Notes: generated from the sequence alone by a model not told the origin. DNA of 64,000 nucleotides from Coleofasciculus chthonoplastes F2-STO-03 (GCA_040222015.1 JAVJWO010000069.1:64001-128000), one strand, 5' to 3'. Counted from the stretch's first letter, positions 50,229-61,139 are shown. Numbers and translations: made by a program.

Positions 50229-51116
50229 GTGCTGCATATCGAAAACCTCTGTAAATCTTACGGCGATCGCCATGTTCTACAAAATCTCACCCTACATATT
50301 CCCCCCGGAGAAATTTACGGATTACTTGGACCCAATGGTGCCGGAAAAACAACCACAATTAATACTATCTGTAACTTACTCAACGCCGACAGTGGCACAA
50401 TCTCAATTAATCACCAACCCGTCTCCGACGCCACCAAAACCCTAATCGGAATTGCCCCCCAGGAAAACTTACTCTATAAAACATTAACCTGTGCCGAAAA
50501 CCTACATTTTTTTGCCCGCATCTATGGCTTAAGCAAGCGACAACGAAAGCAACAAGTCCACGCCTGTTTAGACGCCGTTAACCTATGCGATCGCGGTACC
50601 TGTCCAGTCGAAACCTTAAGTGGGGGAATGCAGCGACGCTTAAATATAGCCGTCGCCCTGGTTCATCAGCCAAAACTGGTCATTTTAGACGAACCTACAA
50701 CCGGTTTAGATATCGAAGCCCGATATGAAGTTTGGGACTTGATTCGTCGTCTCCAACGTCAAGGATTAACAATTTTATTAACTACTCATTTACTAGACGA
50801 AGCCGAACGCCTGTGTCAGCGGATTGGCATTCTCAAAGGAGGACAAATTGTCGCCGAAGGGAGTTTAGATACCCTGCGCCAACGGATTCCCGCCCAAGAG
50901 ATTGTGATCATCCAAACACAAGAAGAAGAACGTGCGATCGCGCGGGCGACAGAACTCGGTTTCACCCATCGGCGCTACGGGAATGATTTAGCTTTTTGGT
51001 TACCCGAAGCTTTGGATTTAAAAGAAATAATTGAGCGATTTGAGGGCATTTCCCTAGATTCAATCACTCGCCAACCTGTACGCTTAGAGCATATTTATAT
51101 CGAAGTGACTCGATAA
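50229..51116 (+). CDS. ABC transporter ATP-binding protein
   Basis: GPNGAGKTT, LSGGMQRR, ILDEPTTGLD; probable GTG start at 50229. Confidence 0.93.
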   Translation: MLHIENLCKSYGDRHVLQNLTLHIPPGEIYGLLGPNGAGKTTTINTICNLLNADSGTISINHQPVSDATKTLIGIAPQENLLYKTLTCAENLHFFARIYGLSKRQRKQQVHACLDAVNLCDRGTCPVETLSGGMQRRLNIAVALVHQPKLVILDEPTTGLDIEARYEVWDLIRRLQRQGLTILLTTHLLDEAERLCQRIGILKGGQIVAEGSLDTLRQRIPAQEIVIIQTQEEERAIARATELGFTHRRYGNDLAFWLPEALDLKEIIERFEGISLDSITRQPVRLEHIYIEVTR

Positions 51117-51307
51117 AGGATTGTGGAAGGCAAAGGGCAGAATGAAAGGAGTTTCGCTATACATAGGGCACGGCAATGCCGTGCCCCTACCCAATCAATT
51201 ATCCCTTCGGTTGTGGTAGGGGCACGATACCATCGTGCCCTAATCTAGCTTCATGGAGAATTGGCATTAGACGAACATGATATAAATTCTGAATACCCTA
51301 TTTCTTA

Positions 51308-51391
51308 ACAAATGACAAATGACAAATGACAAATGACAAATGACAAATGACAAATGACAAATGACAAATGACAAATGACAAATGACAAATA
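51308..51391 (+). repeat. STRR2-like array, (ACAAATG)x11 plus one variant unit
   Basis: Perfect tandem 7-mers. Confidence 0.95.
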
Positions 51392-51392
51392 A

Positions 51393-51989
51393 CTAATCCA
51401 ACTCCCGCCGCCCTTCCAACGCCCGTGCTAATGTCACCTCATCTGCATATTCCAAATCCCCACCCATGGGTAAGCCAAAAGCAATCCGAGTCACCTTCGT
51501 AAACGGTTTCAATAGTTGACCAATATACAGCGTTGTCGTCTCCCCTTCCACACTCGAACCAATCGCTAAAATCACCTCTTGAATCTTCTGCTGGCTAACG
51601 CGGCGCACCAGTTGTTCAATGTGCAATTGTTCGGGTCCAATTCCATCCATGGGAGAAATCACACCACCGAGAACATGATAATTTCCCCGATACTCCCGTG
51701 TTTTCTCCAACGCAATCACATCACGGGAATCCGCCACCACACAAAGCGTTGTTTTATCCCGATTCGGGTTACGACAGATATCACAAACCGATTCAGCCGA
51801 CAGGTGAAAGCAAACCTGACACAAGCCAATCTGCTTTTTCGCCTCAATTAACGCCTGCGCCAGGGCTTTGACTTCATCCTCTGAGCGTTTAATAATATGT
51901 AATGCCAATCGTTGAGCGGTTTTGGGACCCACTCCAGGTAAGCGTTGTAGTTGCTCGATCAGTCGAGCGAGGGGACGTGTGTAAACCGT
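51393..51989 (-). CDS. recR: Recombination mediator RecR
   Basis: [27 protein letters not shown]hH, C4 zinc finger, [15 protein letters not shown]. Homology extends upstream of the listed ORF to a non-canonical start. Confidence 0.95.
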   Translation of the reverse strand, partial: TVYTRPLARLIEQLQRLPGVGPKTAQRLALHIIKRSEDEVKALAQALIEAKKQIGLCQVCFHLSAESVCDICRNPNRDKTTLCVVADSRDVIALEKTREYRGNYHVLGGVISPMDGIGPEQLHIEQLVRRVSQQKIQEVILAIGSSVEGETTTLYIGQLLKPFTKVTRIAFGLPMGGDLEYADEVTLARALEGRRELD

Positions 51990-52123
51990 GGTTTTTCTCC
52001 CAGTCTATGCGTTTACCTTACCTAGGGTACACCAAGGCTAAGGTGACTTGATCAAGTCTGACGTTTCACGGCATCTGGCTGAATGAAAGTGAGGAAGGTG
52101 GGGAACAGTAATGGTTTGAAATT

Positions 52124-52729
52124 TTACACGGATGACGATTTAATGGCTTGGCGAAACGCTTTTGCTGCTTCCAACCGAGACGTTTGAGCCATCAACACAC
52201 AACGGGTGAGCAGATCAATACTTAGCGTTGCCAGTTCGGCAATTTCACTGCGGGTAATTTTTTCGTACTGATTATTCCGTAGGCGATAGAGGCTAAATAA
52301 ACCGTCTTGCCAAAACCAGACTTCTGGCACTCCTAATGCCTGATATCGCTTCAGTTTGTTTGTATCACCACTGGTGACTACAACTTCAATAACGAGATCA
52401 GGAATGGGTTTGGATGAACCAAAACAGTAAGATTCATCGGCTTGAGCAGAAACGACTCCCTCTTGCTCTTGAGTCATTGCACCCGTGGGTTCAAATTCAA
52501 TAGCATTGTCTAGGCAAAATAAGCCAATTAAAAAGCCAATAATTCGACTAAACATTTCATGTTCGCGTCCCGGCATAATAATTTCAATTGTGCTGTTATA
52601 GTAAGCCAGTCGAATACCCGAAGAGTGGGCAAAACCAGCCTGAATTAACTTAAATTGTTCCCAGGTAATGCTGGAATAGACAATACGTTGATCAGTGGAA
52701 GGTGGAGTAAGAAGGGGAGCTTGGGTCAT
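52124..52729 (-). CDS. Uma2 family endonuclease
   Basis: ADESYC, PDLVIEVV, Y..LGVPEVWFW. Confidence 0.9.
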   Translation of the reverse strand: MTQAPLLTPPSTDQRIVYSSITWEQFKLIQAGFAHSSGIRLAYYNSTIEIIMPGREHEMFSRIIGFLIGLFCLDNAIEFEPTGAMTQEQEGVVSAQADESYCFGSSKPIPDLVIEVVVTSGDTNKLKRYQALGVPEVWFWQDGLFSLYRLRNNQYEKITRSEIAELATLSIDLLTRCVLMAQTSRLEAAKAFRQAIKSSSV

Positions 52730-52977
52730 AGACGTACCATCACCGGGCGCGGCATTGCATTATTTATGATAACGAAGGAAGGGTATAGAGTGAAATGGAA
52801 AACCTGCGATCGCACTACTGGACTGACACAGCTAAAATTGTGGGATAGATTTTGCGGTGAATTGGGAGAGTCGGGTTGGGAAATTTGCGGTTAAATAAAT
52901 ACAGTCCCCAGCGAATCAGCAAATTTGACTCAATTCGCGGCAAAGTAAGTTAACCTCTGTAACAAGAGCGATCGCGC

Positions 52978-54264
52978 ATGATGGAACCGTCTCTCACTCA
53001 ATTCGGTACTCAGATGTCCAACCTGACGGGCGTCCGGGCTATTATGAAGGATATTATTGAAACGTTACGCGCAGCTCAGGGACAGGAGTTTATTAACCTC
53101 AGTGCCGGAAATCCGGTAATATTGCCAGAGGTGGAACAACTGTGGCGAGACTGTACCGCCCAACTCTTGGCAAGTCCCGAATACGGAGAGGTGGTTTGCC
53201 GTTATGGGTCATCTCAAGGATACCAGCCCTTGATTGACGCGATCGCACGGGATTTTAATCAGCGTTATGGCTTGAGACTGACTGAACGGAATATCTTAAT
53301 TACTCCCGGTTCTCAATCCATTTACTTCTACGGCGCAAATGCCTTTGGCGGCTATACCCAAGCCGGGGAATTAAAACAAATTGTTCTCCCCCTGAGTCCC
53401 GATTATACCGGGTACGGTGGCGTCAGCTTAACCCCAGAAGCACTAATCGCCTACAAACCCAGCCTAGAGATTGACGAAGCGGCGCATCGCTATAAATATC
53501 GTCCCGACTTCAGCCAATTGAAAATTACCCAAGATACAGGATGTGTCATATTTTCTCGTCCCTGTAATCCCACAGGTAACGTTCTCAGTGATAACGAGGT
53601 GCGAAAAATTGCCGAACTCGCCGCACCTAATAATGTACCAGTATTCATTGACTCCGCTTATGCACCCCCATTTCCGGCATTAAATTTCACCGAAATGACG
53701 CCAATTTTTGGTGATAATATAGTCCATTGCCTGAGTTTATCCAAAGCCGGACTACCCGGAGAACGGATTGGCGTCGCTATTGGTGATCCGGATATGATTG
53801 GTATCTTAGAATCCTTCCAGACGAATCTGTGCATCCATTCCTCCCGCTACGGACAAGCCATTGCAGCACGGGCGATTGATTCTGGCGCATTAGCTGAGAT
53901 TTCTGTTAATGTAATTCGTCCCTATTATCAGCACAAGTTTACCGTATTAGAAACAGCGCTGAATCAATTTATGCCCCAAGATTTACCGTGGTTTTTACAT
54001 CGGGGTGAAGGCGCTATTTTTGCCTGGTTGTGGTTCAAGGATTTACCGATAACCGATTGGGACTTGTATCAACAGTTAAAGCAGGTGGGAGTAATCGTGG
54101 TTCCCGGAAACACCTTCTTCCCCGGATTACGGGACACCTGGGAACACCAGCATCAGTGTATTCGGATTAGTTTAACCGCCAGCGATCGCGAATTAGAAAC
54201 CGCCATGCAACGGTTAGTTAAAGTGACACAACAGGTGTATCAGCAAGCCGTGGTGGAGGTTTAA
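52978..54264 (+). CDS. avtA: Valine--pyruvate transaminase
   Basis: SAGNP, SRPCNPTGN, DSAY and SLSKAGLPGERIG PLP motif. Confidence 0.92.
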   Translation: MMEPSLTQFGTQMSNLTGVRAIMKDIIETLRAAQGQEFINLSAGNPVILPEVEQLWRDCTAQLLASPEYGEVVCRYGSSQGYQPLIDAIARDFNQRYGLRLTERNILITPGSQSIYFYGANAFGGYTQAGELKQIVLPLSPDYTGYGGVSLTPEALIAYKPSLEIDEAAHRYKYRPDFSQLKITQDTGCVIFSRPCNPTGNVLSDNEVRKIAELAAPNNVPVFIDSAYAPPFPALNFTEMTPIFGDNIVHCLSLSKAGLPGERIGVAIGDPDMIGILESFQTNLCIHSSRYGQAIAARAIDSGALAEISVNVIRPYYQHKFTVLETALNQFMPQDLPWFLHRGEGAIFAWLWFKDLPITDWDLYQQLKQVGVIVVPGNTFFPGLRDTWEHQHQCIRISLTASDRELETAMQRLVKVTQQVYQQAVVEV

Positions 54265-54409
54265 TGGTGAGGAAAGTAGGGGCGGGTTTAGGATATATCG
54301 TTTCGCCATTGATGATAACATAATGTACCGATACCCAATATCCTCGACTTCTTAGAGAAGTCGGGGATCTGACTGGAAACCGCTATAATACTAAGCAACC
54401 GTTAATACT

Positions 54410-55714
54410 ATGAAACTAGGTAAACGTCGCATCGGTTTAGAACAAGAATTTTTCCTCGTAGACGAAAGGGGAAAATTTTCCAATCATGCCGATGAATTCT
54501 TACAAAATTGTCGCCAAGAAGCCGAAGCTATTGGCTTAAATACCGATTACTTTATGCCGGAATGGGTGAAGGGAATGATCGAAATTAATACCCCTCCCGC
54601 TTATACGCCCACAGAATTAGCCAAAGCCTATCTTAAAAATTTACAACTGGCATTACAGGTGGGGCAAAAGATGCATTTGCGGCTTTATCCCCTATCCAGC
54701 TATCCCTTACATTTAATTCCCGTCATTCGAGATAAATTGAACTATCATGTCCAGGTTCGCACTGTTGGCTATGACCGATTTTTGAATGCGGGTAAATGTA
54801 CGGGTACTCATATCCATTTAGAAGTACCGCCAGGAGTAATTGATTCCCGCGTCGGCGTTTCTTACAACAGCAGCGCCGCTGAACACGAAGAACTCATTAA
54901 TATTTATAATTTAGCAACAGCATTAGATGCCGCCCTCATCGCCTTGGGACGCGCCTGTCCCTTTTATGAAGGAGAAGCCACGGGACTTGCCTATCATATT
55001 GTCCGTTATCGGGGGAGTGACCGATTTGGCTGGGAAGGCGTTTATACTCAGTTACAATCTGTCGGCGGTTTAATGCCCTATGCCGATTCTGTGGAACAGT
55101 TAGTGGAGTTGCAATTTGAACGCTATTATGCATGGCTAACCGCGATGGATAATGCTAGAGTTGAGCGAAAGTTGTTTACTGAAGGCGGCGGAAATTTACT
55201 GAAATCAGGTTGGAATCCGGTGCGACTGAATGCATTAGGAACAGTGGAATTGCGGGGAATTGATAGTAATTATCCAGACGTGATTTTCACAATTCTGAGA
55301 TTAGTTTACAATGCAGCTAGGCGAGTCAGGCAGGAAGGAATAACAGTTAGACCTGCTCAAGGCGTTCATACCTTTGAGTTACGGGGTAATTGGCTAGTTG
55401 TGCCAGAGTTTGACTATCTCAATGGTGAATTATTATTTGCCGCTGTGACGGAAGGGGTGAAGAGTTCTAAGGTTACGGCTTATCTGGATTCTATTTTAGA
55501 GTTTGCCATTCAAGATGGTAGTGAGGAAATTAATTACCTGGAAAAGTTGAAATCAGATTGGGGTGAATATCAAACGACAGAGGCGGAAATTTTACAAGAG
55601 TTTGTTCCCGCAGGCGCTCATCTGAAGAAGGAAGAAGGGTTGCGGTTAGTCCGTGAAGCGTGCGATGAGTTAGAAGCCCAGGTATCATCGTTTTCACAAA
55701 AGTATTCTTTTTAG
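54410..55714 (+). CDS. Glutamate--cysteine ligase family 2 (carboxylate-amine ligase)-like protein
   Basis: IGLEQEF, MIEINT, GTHIH, W.PVR...GTVELRGID motifs. Confidence 0.8.
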   Translation: MKLGKRRIGLEQEFFLVDERGKFSNHADEFLQNCRQEAEAIGLNTDYFMPEWVKGMIEINTPPAYTPTELAKAYLKNLQLALQVGQKMHLRLYPLSSYPLHLIPVIRDKLNYHVQVRTVGYDRFLNAGKCTGTHIHLEVPPGVIDSRVGVSYNSSAAEHEELINIYNLATALDAALIALGRACPFYEGEATGLAYHIVRYRGSDRFGWEGVYTQLQSVGGLMPYADSVEQLVELQFERYYAWLTAMDNARVERKLFTEGGGNLLKSGWNPVRLNALGTVELRGIDSNYPDVIFTILRLVYNAARRVRQEGITVRPAQGVHTFELRGNWLVVPEFDYLNGELLFAAVTEGVKSSKVTAYLDSILEFAIQDGSEEINYLEKLKSDWGEYQTTEAEILQEFVPAGAHLKKEEGLRLVREACDELEAQVSSFSQKYSF

Positions 55715-56092
55715 GTTACATCTGTTTCAGTTTTAGAGAGGAGGCGATTGAAATCGCGGCTACACAAACATAGGCGAAGCCTTCCCGAAGGGTAGTCCGC
55801 CTGCGCGGACTAGGTTATAACGAGGGTCACGTTCCCCGGATTTGGTATTAGTCCATTTTAATGGACTTGAGCTCTAAGCCAAGAACTTGAGTTCTTGGCT
55901 TGTTTTAGCTTCAATTGAACCGTCAAATCTATTCCGCCACCCTCTTGGATATCGGCTGTACAATTCTCCCTAAAAGAAATAACGGATCAGTTTCGCGGCG
56001 TAAATTACTGATCTCAAACTGGGTGTGACACTCCTGATCTCCAAAAGTAATGATGAGAGTAGTAGATGTAGCCAAGTGTCTTGAGAATTGTC

Positions 56093-56986
56093 ATGAAAAC
56101 TGCCACATTAGAACGTTCAAAGGGACGCTTAAGTTCAGCATCAAACCCGATAAAGCGGTTAACCCAAGGAGACTTCACGCAGCGGTTTGGTCGTTTCCTC
56201 ATCTGTCGGAGAATATATAGTCTTCTCCAAGCTAGGCGACAGCGCCTAAATCCCGATTTCTATAAAAAACGCCTGAAGATTGCTTCCGATTCAATGTTTG
56301 ACAGTGTTTCCCTAGATAAATGTGTCCAACAACTCCGTCATGAAGGAGTAGGATTTGGTCTGCATTTATCGCCGTCAATGGTAAAAGAAATCTATCAATA
56401 TGCAATTCAAACACCTTGTATTGAACCTGAGTCTGACGACGAGTTTTTCATCGAAGAGGTAATTAGAAAGGGTCGAAGGCGAGGTGAGCATCCAGTAATG
56501 CGTGTCTTGGTGCGTGATGTAATGAATTGCCAAGCCATTCAAAAAATTACCCAAGATCCTCTGCTGTTGCAAATCGTTAAGAACTATCTGGGGTATTGGC
56601 CCAACCAAATTACCCAGCATCTGACTTGGAGTTTAGTTTCAGATCTGAGAGAACCGGAAATTAGACAGAGTTATCCACCCACTAATTTTCACTATGATAT
56701 CGCTGGGTACAACTTTATGACCGCCTATTTTTATATCACCGATGTGAAGGCTGATTCTGGCGCTCATGTTATGATCAAAGGATCTCATCAGAAAAAGCCA
56801 CTTTACATGACCTTTTCTGGGGGTCGCCAGTCGGACAAGGCGGTGCTTAATTATTACGGGCAAGACAATCAACTGATCATTGAAGGAGAAAGTGGATTTG
56901 GTTTTGTGCAAGACCCTTCCTGCATTCACCGAGTCATTTCTCCGGTTAAAGCAGATAGACTACTGCTGCAAATCCGGTATTCTTAG
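56093..56986 (+). CDS. PhyH-like Fe(II)/2-oxoglutarate dioxygenase
   Basis: FHYD...YITDV..DSGAH..IKGSH...CIHR facial-triad pattern. Confidence 0.75.
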   Translation: MKTATLERSKGRLSSASNPIKRLTQGDFTQRFGRFLICRRIYSLLQARRQRLNPDFYKKRLKIASDSMFDSVSLDKCVQQLRHEGVGFGLHLSPSMVKEIYQYAIQTPCIEPESDDEFFIEEVIRKGRRRGEHPVMRVLVRDVMNCQAIQKITQDPLLLQIVKNYLGYWPNQITQHLTWSLVSDLREPEIRQSYPPTNFHYDIAGYNFMTAYFYITDVKADSGAHVMIKGSHQKKPLYMTFSGGRQSDKAVLNYYGQDNQLIIEGESGFGFVQDPSCIHRVISPVKADRLLLQIRYS

Positions 56987-56989
56987 ACC

Positions 56990-57184
56990 GTAGTGGACTG
57001 ACACAGTTAAAATGCTGGAATAGGTTGGGTTCGTAGTAGGGGCTTTAGCCCTCTCCAGCTAGGCGGAGAGAGAACTAAAGTTCTCACTACAAACAACGTC
57101 CTATTTTAGTTGGGTCACGGCAGTAGTGGACTGACACAGTTAAAATTGTGGTATAGTTGGGTTCGTAATAGGGGCTTTAGCCCC
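56990..57184 (+). repeat. Duplicated ~60-bp module (GTAGTGGACTGACACAGTTAAAAT...GTA.TAGGGGCTTTAGCCC)
   Basis: Copies near 56990 and 57126; related sequence near 52817. Confidence 0.75.
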
Positions 57185-57229
57185 TAATTGCATGGGTTTT
57201 CAAAAACAATGTATTTGGATTACAGAATC

Positions 57230-57585
57230 TCATTCCTCTAAAGCGTCTGGATCAGTCAAAGCAGCTTGCCACCAACTTAGTAAAGGATGGTTTTTACGTG
57301 GTAAATACCGTCCCTTGACCCGAATTGCCCTGAGTGCATCTCGTAATATTGAAGCATCAAGAGCGACTTTCTCTGACCAATGCTTGATTATCTCTGGAGT
57401 TGATATAATTTGAAGCTGGGAGATCTCCCGTTGAATAAACGAGATTGCCTTCTTATCGTCAGTTGCTATTGCCCATCCTCGGTGAGACGCGATCGCACAG
57501 CAGGCAGATTCTCCATCATCGCCTAGTTCAAAAACATAGTTGACAAATGATGTCTCTTCTGATTCTGATTTAAAGTCCACTGGAA
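57230..57585 (-). pseudogene. PIN-like protein, 5'-truncated
   Basis: LGDDGESACCAIA..RGWAIATDDKKA PIN C-terminal motifs; no N-terminal DxxC/DTS strand, and it abuts the XRE gene end. Confidence 0.6.
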
Positions 57586-58757
57586 TACTCTCGCAACACT
57601 TCGGCAATGCGACGGGCTTCGAGGCGATCAACATGAAGAAAATCAGCGAAGCGCCCTTCAGTAATCAACCCCTGATCAAATGCTTCAATGGCAAGATGTT
57701 GGTAATGGACTGGCATCCTATCAGTACGTTGGGGGATTTCTTTTAGCCCTGAGCGAAGCCGAAGGGCTAAGCCAAGTTCCTCCTGTACTTTTCTAACTTT
57801 TAATCCGCGATCGCTCAATCGATCCCATGTTCCAGATGGCAGAAGTTCCATTTCCTCTAACCGATAAATAAGTGCTTGTACGGATACGCCATAGTAATGA
57901 GCCAACGTAAATAAATTGGTGGGAGTGAAAGTGAACTTACCATTGGCGCGGTACATATCGTTAAATCGTTTAAGTAAACCACTCGTCGGCATCAGGAAAT
58001 ACTTGGGGAAGGCTTCAGCGAGTCGTTCACTTTCTGGCATTCTCTTGTACTGTCCCTCAAAATCAAGTACAGGCTTGCGTCGATGAGCAAGAAAATGAAG
58101 ATATCCGTGAGCTAATGACCAACGTCGCCGTTCTTCGGGGTGATGAGCATTAATTGCCATGCAGCCACCCCGTTGCTCGTCGTAACTATAGATTTCTGAG
58201 TATTTTGGTGGCATCTTTAAGTAAAAGATACGGAGTCCTACACTCTGCTCTAAGATGTCTCGAAGCAGAGGAATCGGACCATCTCCAAGACCGAGGCGTT
58301 GACGTTCTTCAACAGCAATACTCTCCGCCGCCCGTTCTATGGGCATACCACTCAGATGGTACTCGCGAGGATAGTTTCGCGGGAGTGGTGCATCCATAAT
58401 TTCTTCAAGTTCCAGGTAATTCTGGCACAACTCCTCTAGGAGTCGAATGACAGGTTCAATCTGCAACTCTTCTACTTGATTGCGTCGGTAGGCGGCTCGG
58501 AATTGAACCTCGAACGGTTGCGCCACGGGAGGTTGTCGCACAAAGTCGCTGACGGCTCGTCCGTAAGCACGGGCAAGTTTGATCAATTCATTGGGCTTAA
58601 GACGGCGCTCTCCTTTCTCAATCGCAACCATCGTTGTACGCGCTGCATCGATGACTTTAGCCGCATCCGCTTGGGTCATGCCACACTGATTACGCGCTTG
58701 TTGAAGGAGTTCCCCCAATCTCTGGGTATCAATTTTGTCAAGGATGTTGTTCGTCAT
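57570..58757 (-). CDS. XRE family HTH fused to ImmA/IrrE (M78) metallopeptidase-like domain
   Basis: N-terminal HTH (TQADAA...IEKGER), RRRWSLAHGYLH, E..A..F...FLMP, YGVS..A..YRL. Confidence 0.88.
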   Translation of the reverse strand: MTNNILDKIDTQRLGELLQQARNQCGMTQADAAKVIDAARTTMVAIEKGERRLKPNELIKLARAYGRAVSDFVRQPPVAQPFEVQFRAAYRRNQVEELQIEPVIRLLEELCQNYLELEEIMDAPLPRNYPREYHLSGMPIERAAESIAVEERQRLGLGDGPIPLLRDILEQSVGLRIFYLKMPPKYSEIYSYDEQRGGCMAINAHHPEERRRWSLAHGYLHFLAHRRKPVLDFEGQYKRMPESERLAEAFPKYFLMPTSGLLKRFNDMYRANGKFTFTPTNLFTLAHYYGVSVQALIYRLEEMELLPSGTWDRLSDRGLKVRKVQEELGLALRLRSGLKEIPQRTDRMPVHYQHLAIEAFDQGLITEGRFADFLHVDRLEARRIAEVLREYSSGL

Positions 58758-58992
58758 GGCAAGAGTCCCTCAACGGTGTGGAGTGACAGATTTGATGAAG
58801 TTAGAACATTAATATAACAATGTCAATCATTAAGTTGCATTTTGGGTTTATAATGTCAGGTTTTGGCGGTGGCAATTAACGGCGGATCAACCCAGGAGTG
58901 CGATCGCTCTTTCAAGGCATTCACAATATAATGATTTGCAGCAAGACCCTTACTTGAGTCGGAGAAAGTAGCAGAGATATGAGTGAGCAATA

Positions 58993-59448
58993 ATGCCAGA
59001 AGACGAGTCTATCTCCGATCCATTTTGGGAAAATCTTCTCGAAGGATATACTGAAGCAGTCTTAAATGAAAGAGAAGCAACTAAAACTCATATTGTGCAT
59101 TTGCTAGATGAGATAAAATTAGCCTATCAGAATACTCAAAGAGAGCGAAAAGAAATTGTGGATAATTTTCGTCCATCTAATGAAGAGTTTTCTCTGTTAG
59201 AGGAAATTGAACTGTTAACGGTCACTCTCCGGGGCTATGCCAATCAAATTCAGGCGCAAGGGTGGATTATAAATGAAACCCAGGTAATTGAGCAATTACG
59301 AGAAATACGAGTTTTTAGAATACCTGTTATCGTCCAGTTTTACTTTGGCAGTAATGGCAAGTATGAGCAAATGAAGGGTTATATTAGAATGTTGGATTAC
59401 TTGCGTTTACTGATTCTGGAATATTTGCAGTATGAACAATTAAATTAA
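58993..59448 (+). CDS. Hypothetical protein
   Basis: 151-aa helical ORF with ATG start. Confidence 0.65.
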   Translation: MPEDESISDPFWENLLEGYTEAVLNEREATKTHIVHLLDEIKLAYQNTQRERKEIVDNFRPSNEEFSLLEEIELLTVTLRGYANQIQAQGWIINETQVIEQLREIRVFRIPVIVQFYFGSNGKYEQMKGYIRMLDYLRLLILEYLQYEQLN

Positions 59449-59634
59449 AAATCCGGCAAAGATTATCAATATTGATCCTATTCTATGCACCTATGTTCAG
59501 GACGGGTTTATTCAATTGAGGTCTTTTAAATTGCTCCCCTCTCCTTGCAGGAGAGGGGTTGGGGGAGAGGTCATCTTTAGCTGTTTGTAGTAAACGATGC
59601 GAACACTTGAGGCGAAGACAGCGCAACTACGAGC

Positions 59635-60501
59635 CTACAAACCTAATTTCTGCTGTAAGGATTCTCGCATGATCTTAACGGGTGGTGTTTGTCCTAACCA
59701 AATCTGTAACGCGGCTGCACCTTGTTGGACTAACATTTCTAAGCCGTCAATGGGAATCGCGCCTTGTTGTTTGGCTTGTTGTAGAAATTTTGTGGGATTG
59801 GGGGTGTAAATTAAATCATAAGCGATCGCACCTTTGGGTAATCTCTGTATTATTTCTTCATCGATAGGAGATTGATCGATATGAGGAGACATCCCCACAG
59901 GCGTTGTATTCACCAGTAAATCGGCTTGTTGTAGTAATTGTGGCATTTCCTCCCAGGGATAAGCCTGGAGAATTGGAGATAAGGGAGTATTTGCCCAACT
60001 TTGCTGAAACTGACTTAGTTTATCGGGATTACGACCCACAACCCAAATCTCAGGACAACCCAACTGCATACACCCGACGACAACAGCGCGTGCTGCACCA
60101 CCATAGCCTAATACTACCGCCTTGGTGTGATGCCAATCTCGCTGATATTGGTTCAAGGGGGCGATGAACCCTAAGACATCGGTATTTGTTCCACTCCAGC
60201 CTTTATCAGTACGCCAAACCGTGTTCACCGCACCCACCAGTTGAGCGATATCGGATACCTCGGCTAAGAGAGGGATAATGGCTTGCTTATGGGGAATCGT
60301 GATATTAAAGCCTTGCAACCCTATCGCCGCAAACCCCGCCACGGCGACATCTAAATCCTCTAGTTTGACGGGGAGAGGGAGATAGACATAATCCACACCC
60401 AACTGTGCGATCGCGCGATTGTGCATAATTGGTGATAGAGAATGCTCCACCGGATGACCAATTACGCCTAAGAGTTTGGTTGTCCCTGTAATCTGTTGCA
60501 T
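59635..60501 (-). CDS. aroE: Shikimate dehydrogenase
   Basis: HSLSP.MHN, NITIPHK, GAVNT, NTD, GYGGAA, NTTPVGM, DLIY and GLEMLVQQG motifs. Confidence 0.97.
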   Translation of the reverse strand: MQQITGTTKLLGVIGHPVEHSLSPIMHNRAIAQLGVDYVYLPLPVKLEDLDVAVAGFAAIGLQGFNITIPHKQAIIPLLAEVSDIAQLVGAVNTVWRTDKGWSGTNTDVLGFIAPLNQYQRDWHHTKAVVLGYGGAARAVVVGCMQLGCPEIWVVGRNPDKLSQFQQSWANTPLSPILQAYPWEEMPQLLQQADLLVNTTPVGMSPHIDQSPIDEEIIQRLPKGAIAYDLIYTPNPTKFLQQAKQQGAIPIDGLEMLVQQGAAALQIWLGQTPPVKIMRESLQQKLGL

Positions 60502-60677
60502 TGTGCTATTTTAGCAGGACAGGGGATGAGGTTAATCACCAATCAATCCTCTTTTCCGACGATTGAATTAGCTGGGGTAGTCCCACCAAACCGAAATAAT
60601 ACCACCAATGATACTATTATTTCAGATTAATCTGTTCCCAGTTACCAATGAATCGTTCAATTCAATAATTTTCTGAT

Positions 60678-61139
60678 ATGCTGCGAAAATTTCTTATCCT
60701 TTTCATGTCTTTGGCATTGTGTCTAACCACTCTAGCTTGTGGTTCGCCTTCTGTCGCCCAAAGCCCAAATCAGACGGTCAATGTTACCTCAAATGCCCAG
60801 CAGTTCCCTGATGGGAAATATCCGGTTCAACAAGCCACCTACGATGATGTTAGTGGTGAATATAGCCTGATGTTGCTAAATACACCACCCGGTACACCCC
60901 CTGTCTTGCGTAGTCCAGATTTGCGCTTAGCCCGTCTAACTGATGAGGAAATAGCGACAGGTGAAAAGACTTATTTGCAAATCGAAAATGGTCAAGCCGA
61001 TATGCACTTAAGTGAAGACTTTCGGATTGAATATGTCCATAATGTTACCGAAACTCAAAGGGAAGAAGACGGCGTTAAATTGTCATTCGTCATTCGTCAT
61101 TCGTCATTCGTCTTATGTAGGGGCGGGTTTAGCCACTAA
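60678..61139 (+). pseudogene. Conserved cyanobacterial lipoprotein, probably 3'-truncated
   Basis: TLAC lipobox and YPVQQATYDD motif; the frame runs into a TCATTCG array and a REP after HNVTETQ. Confidence 0.6.
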
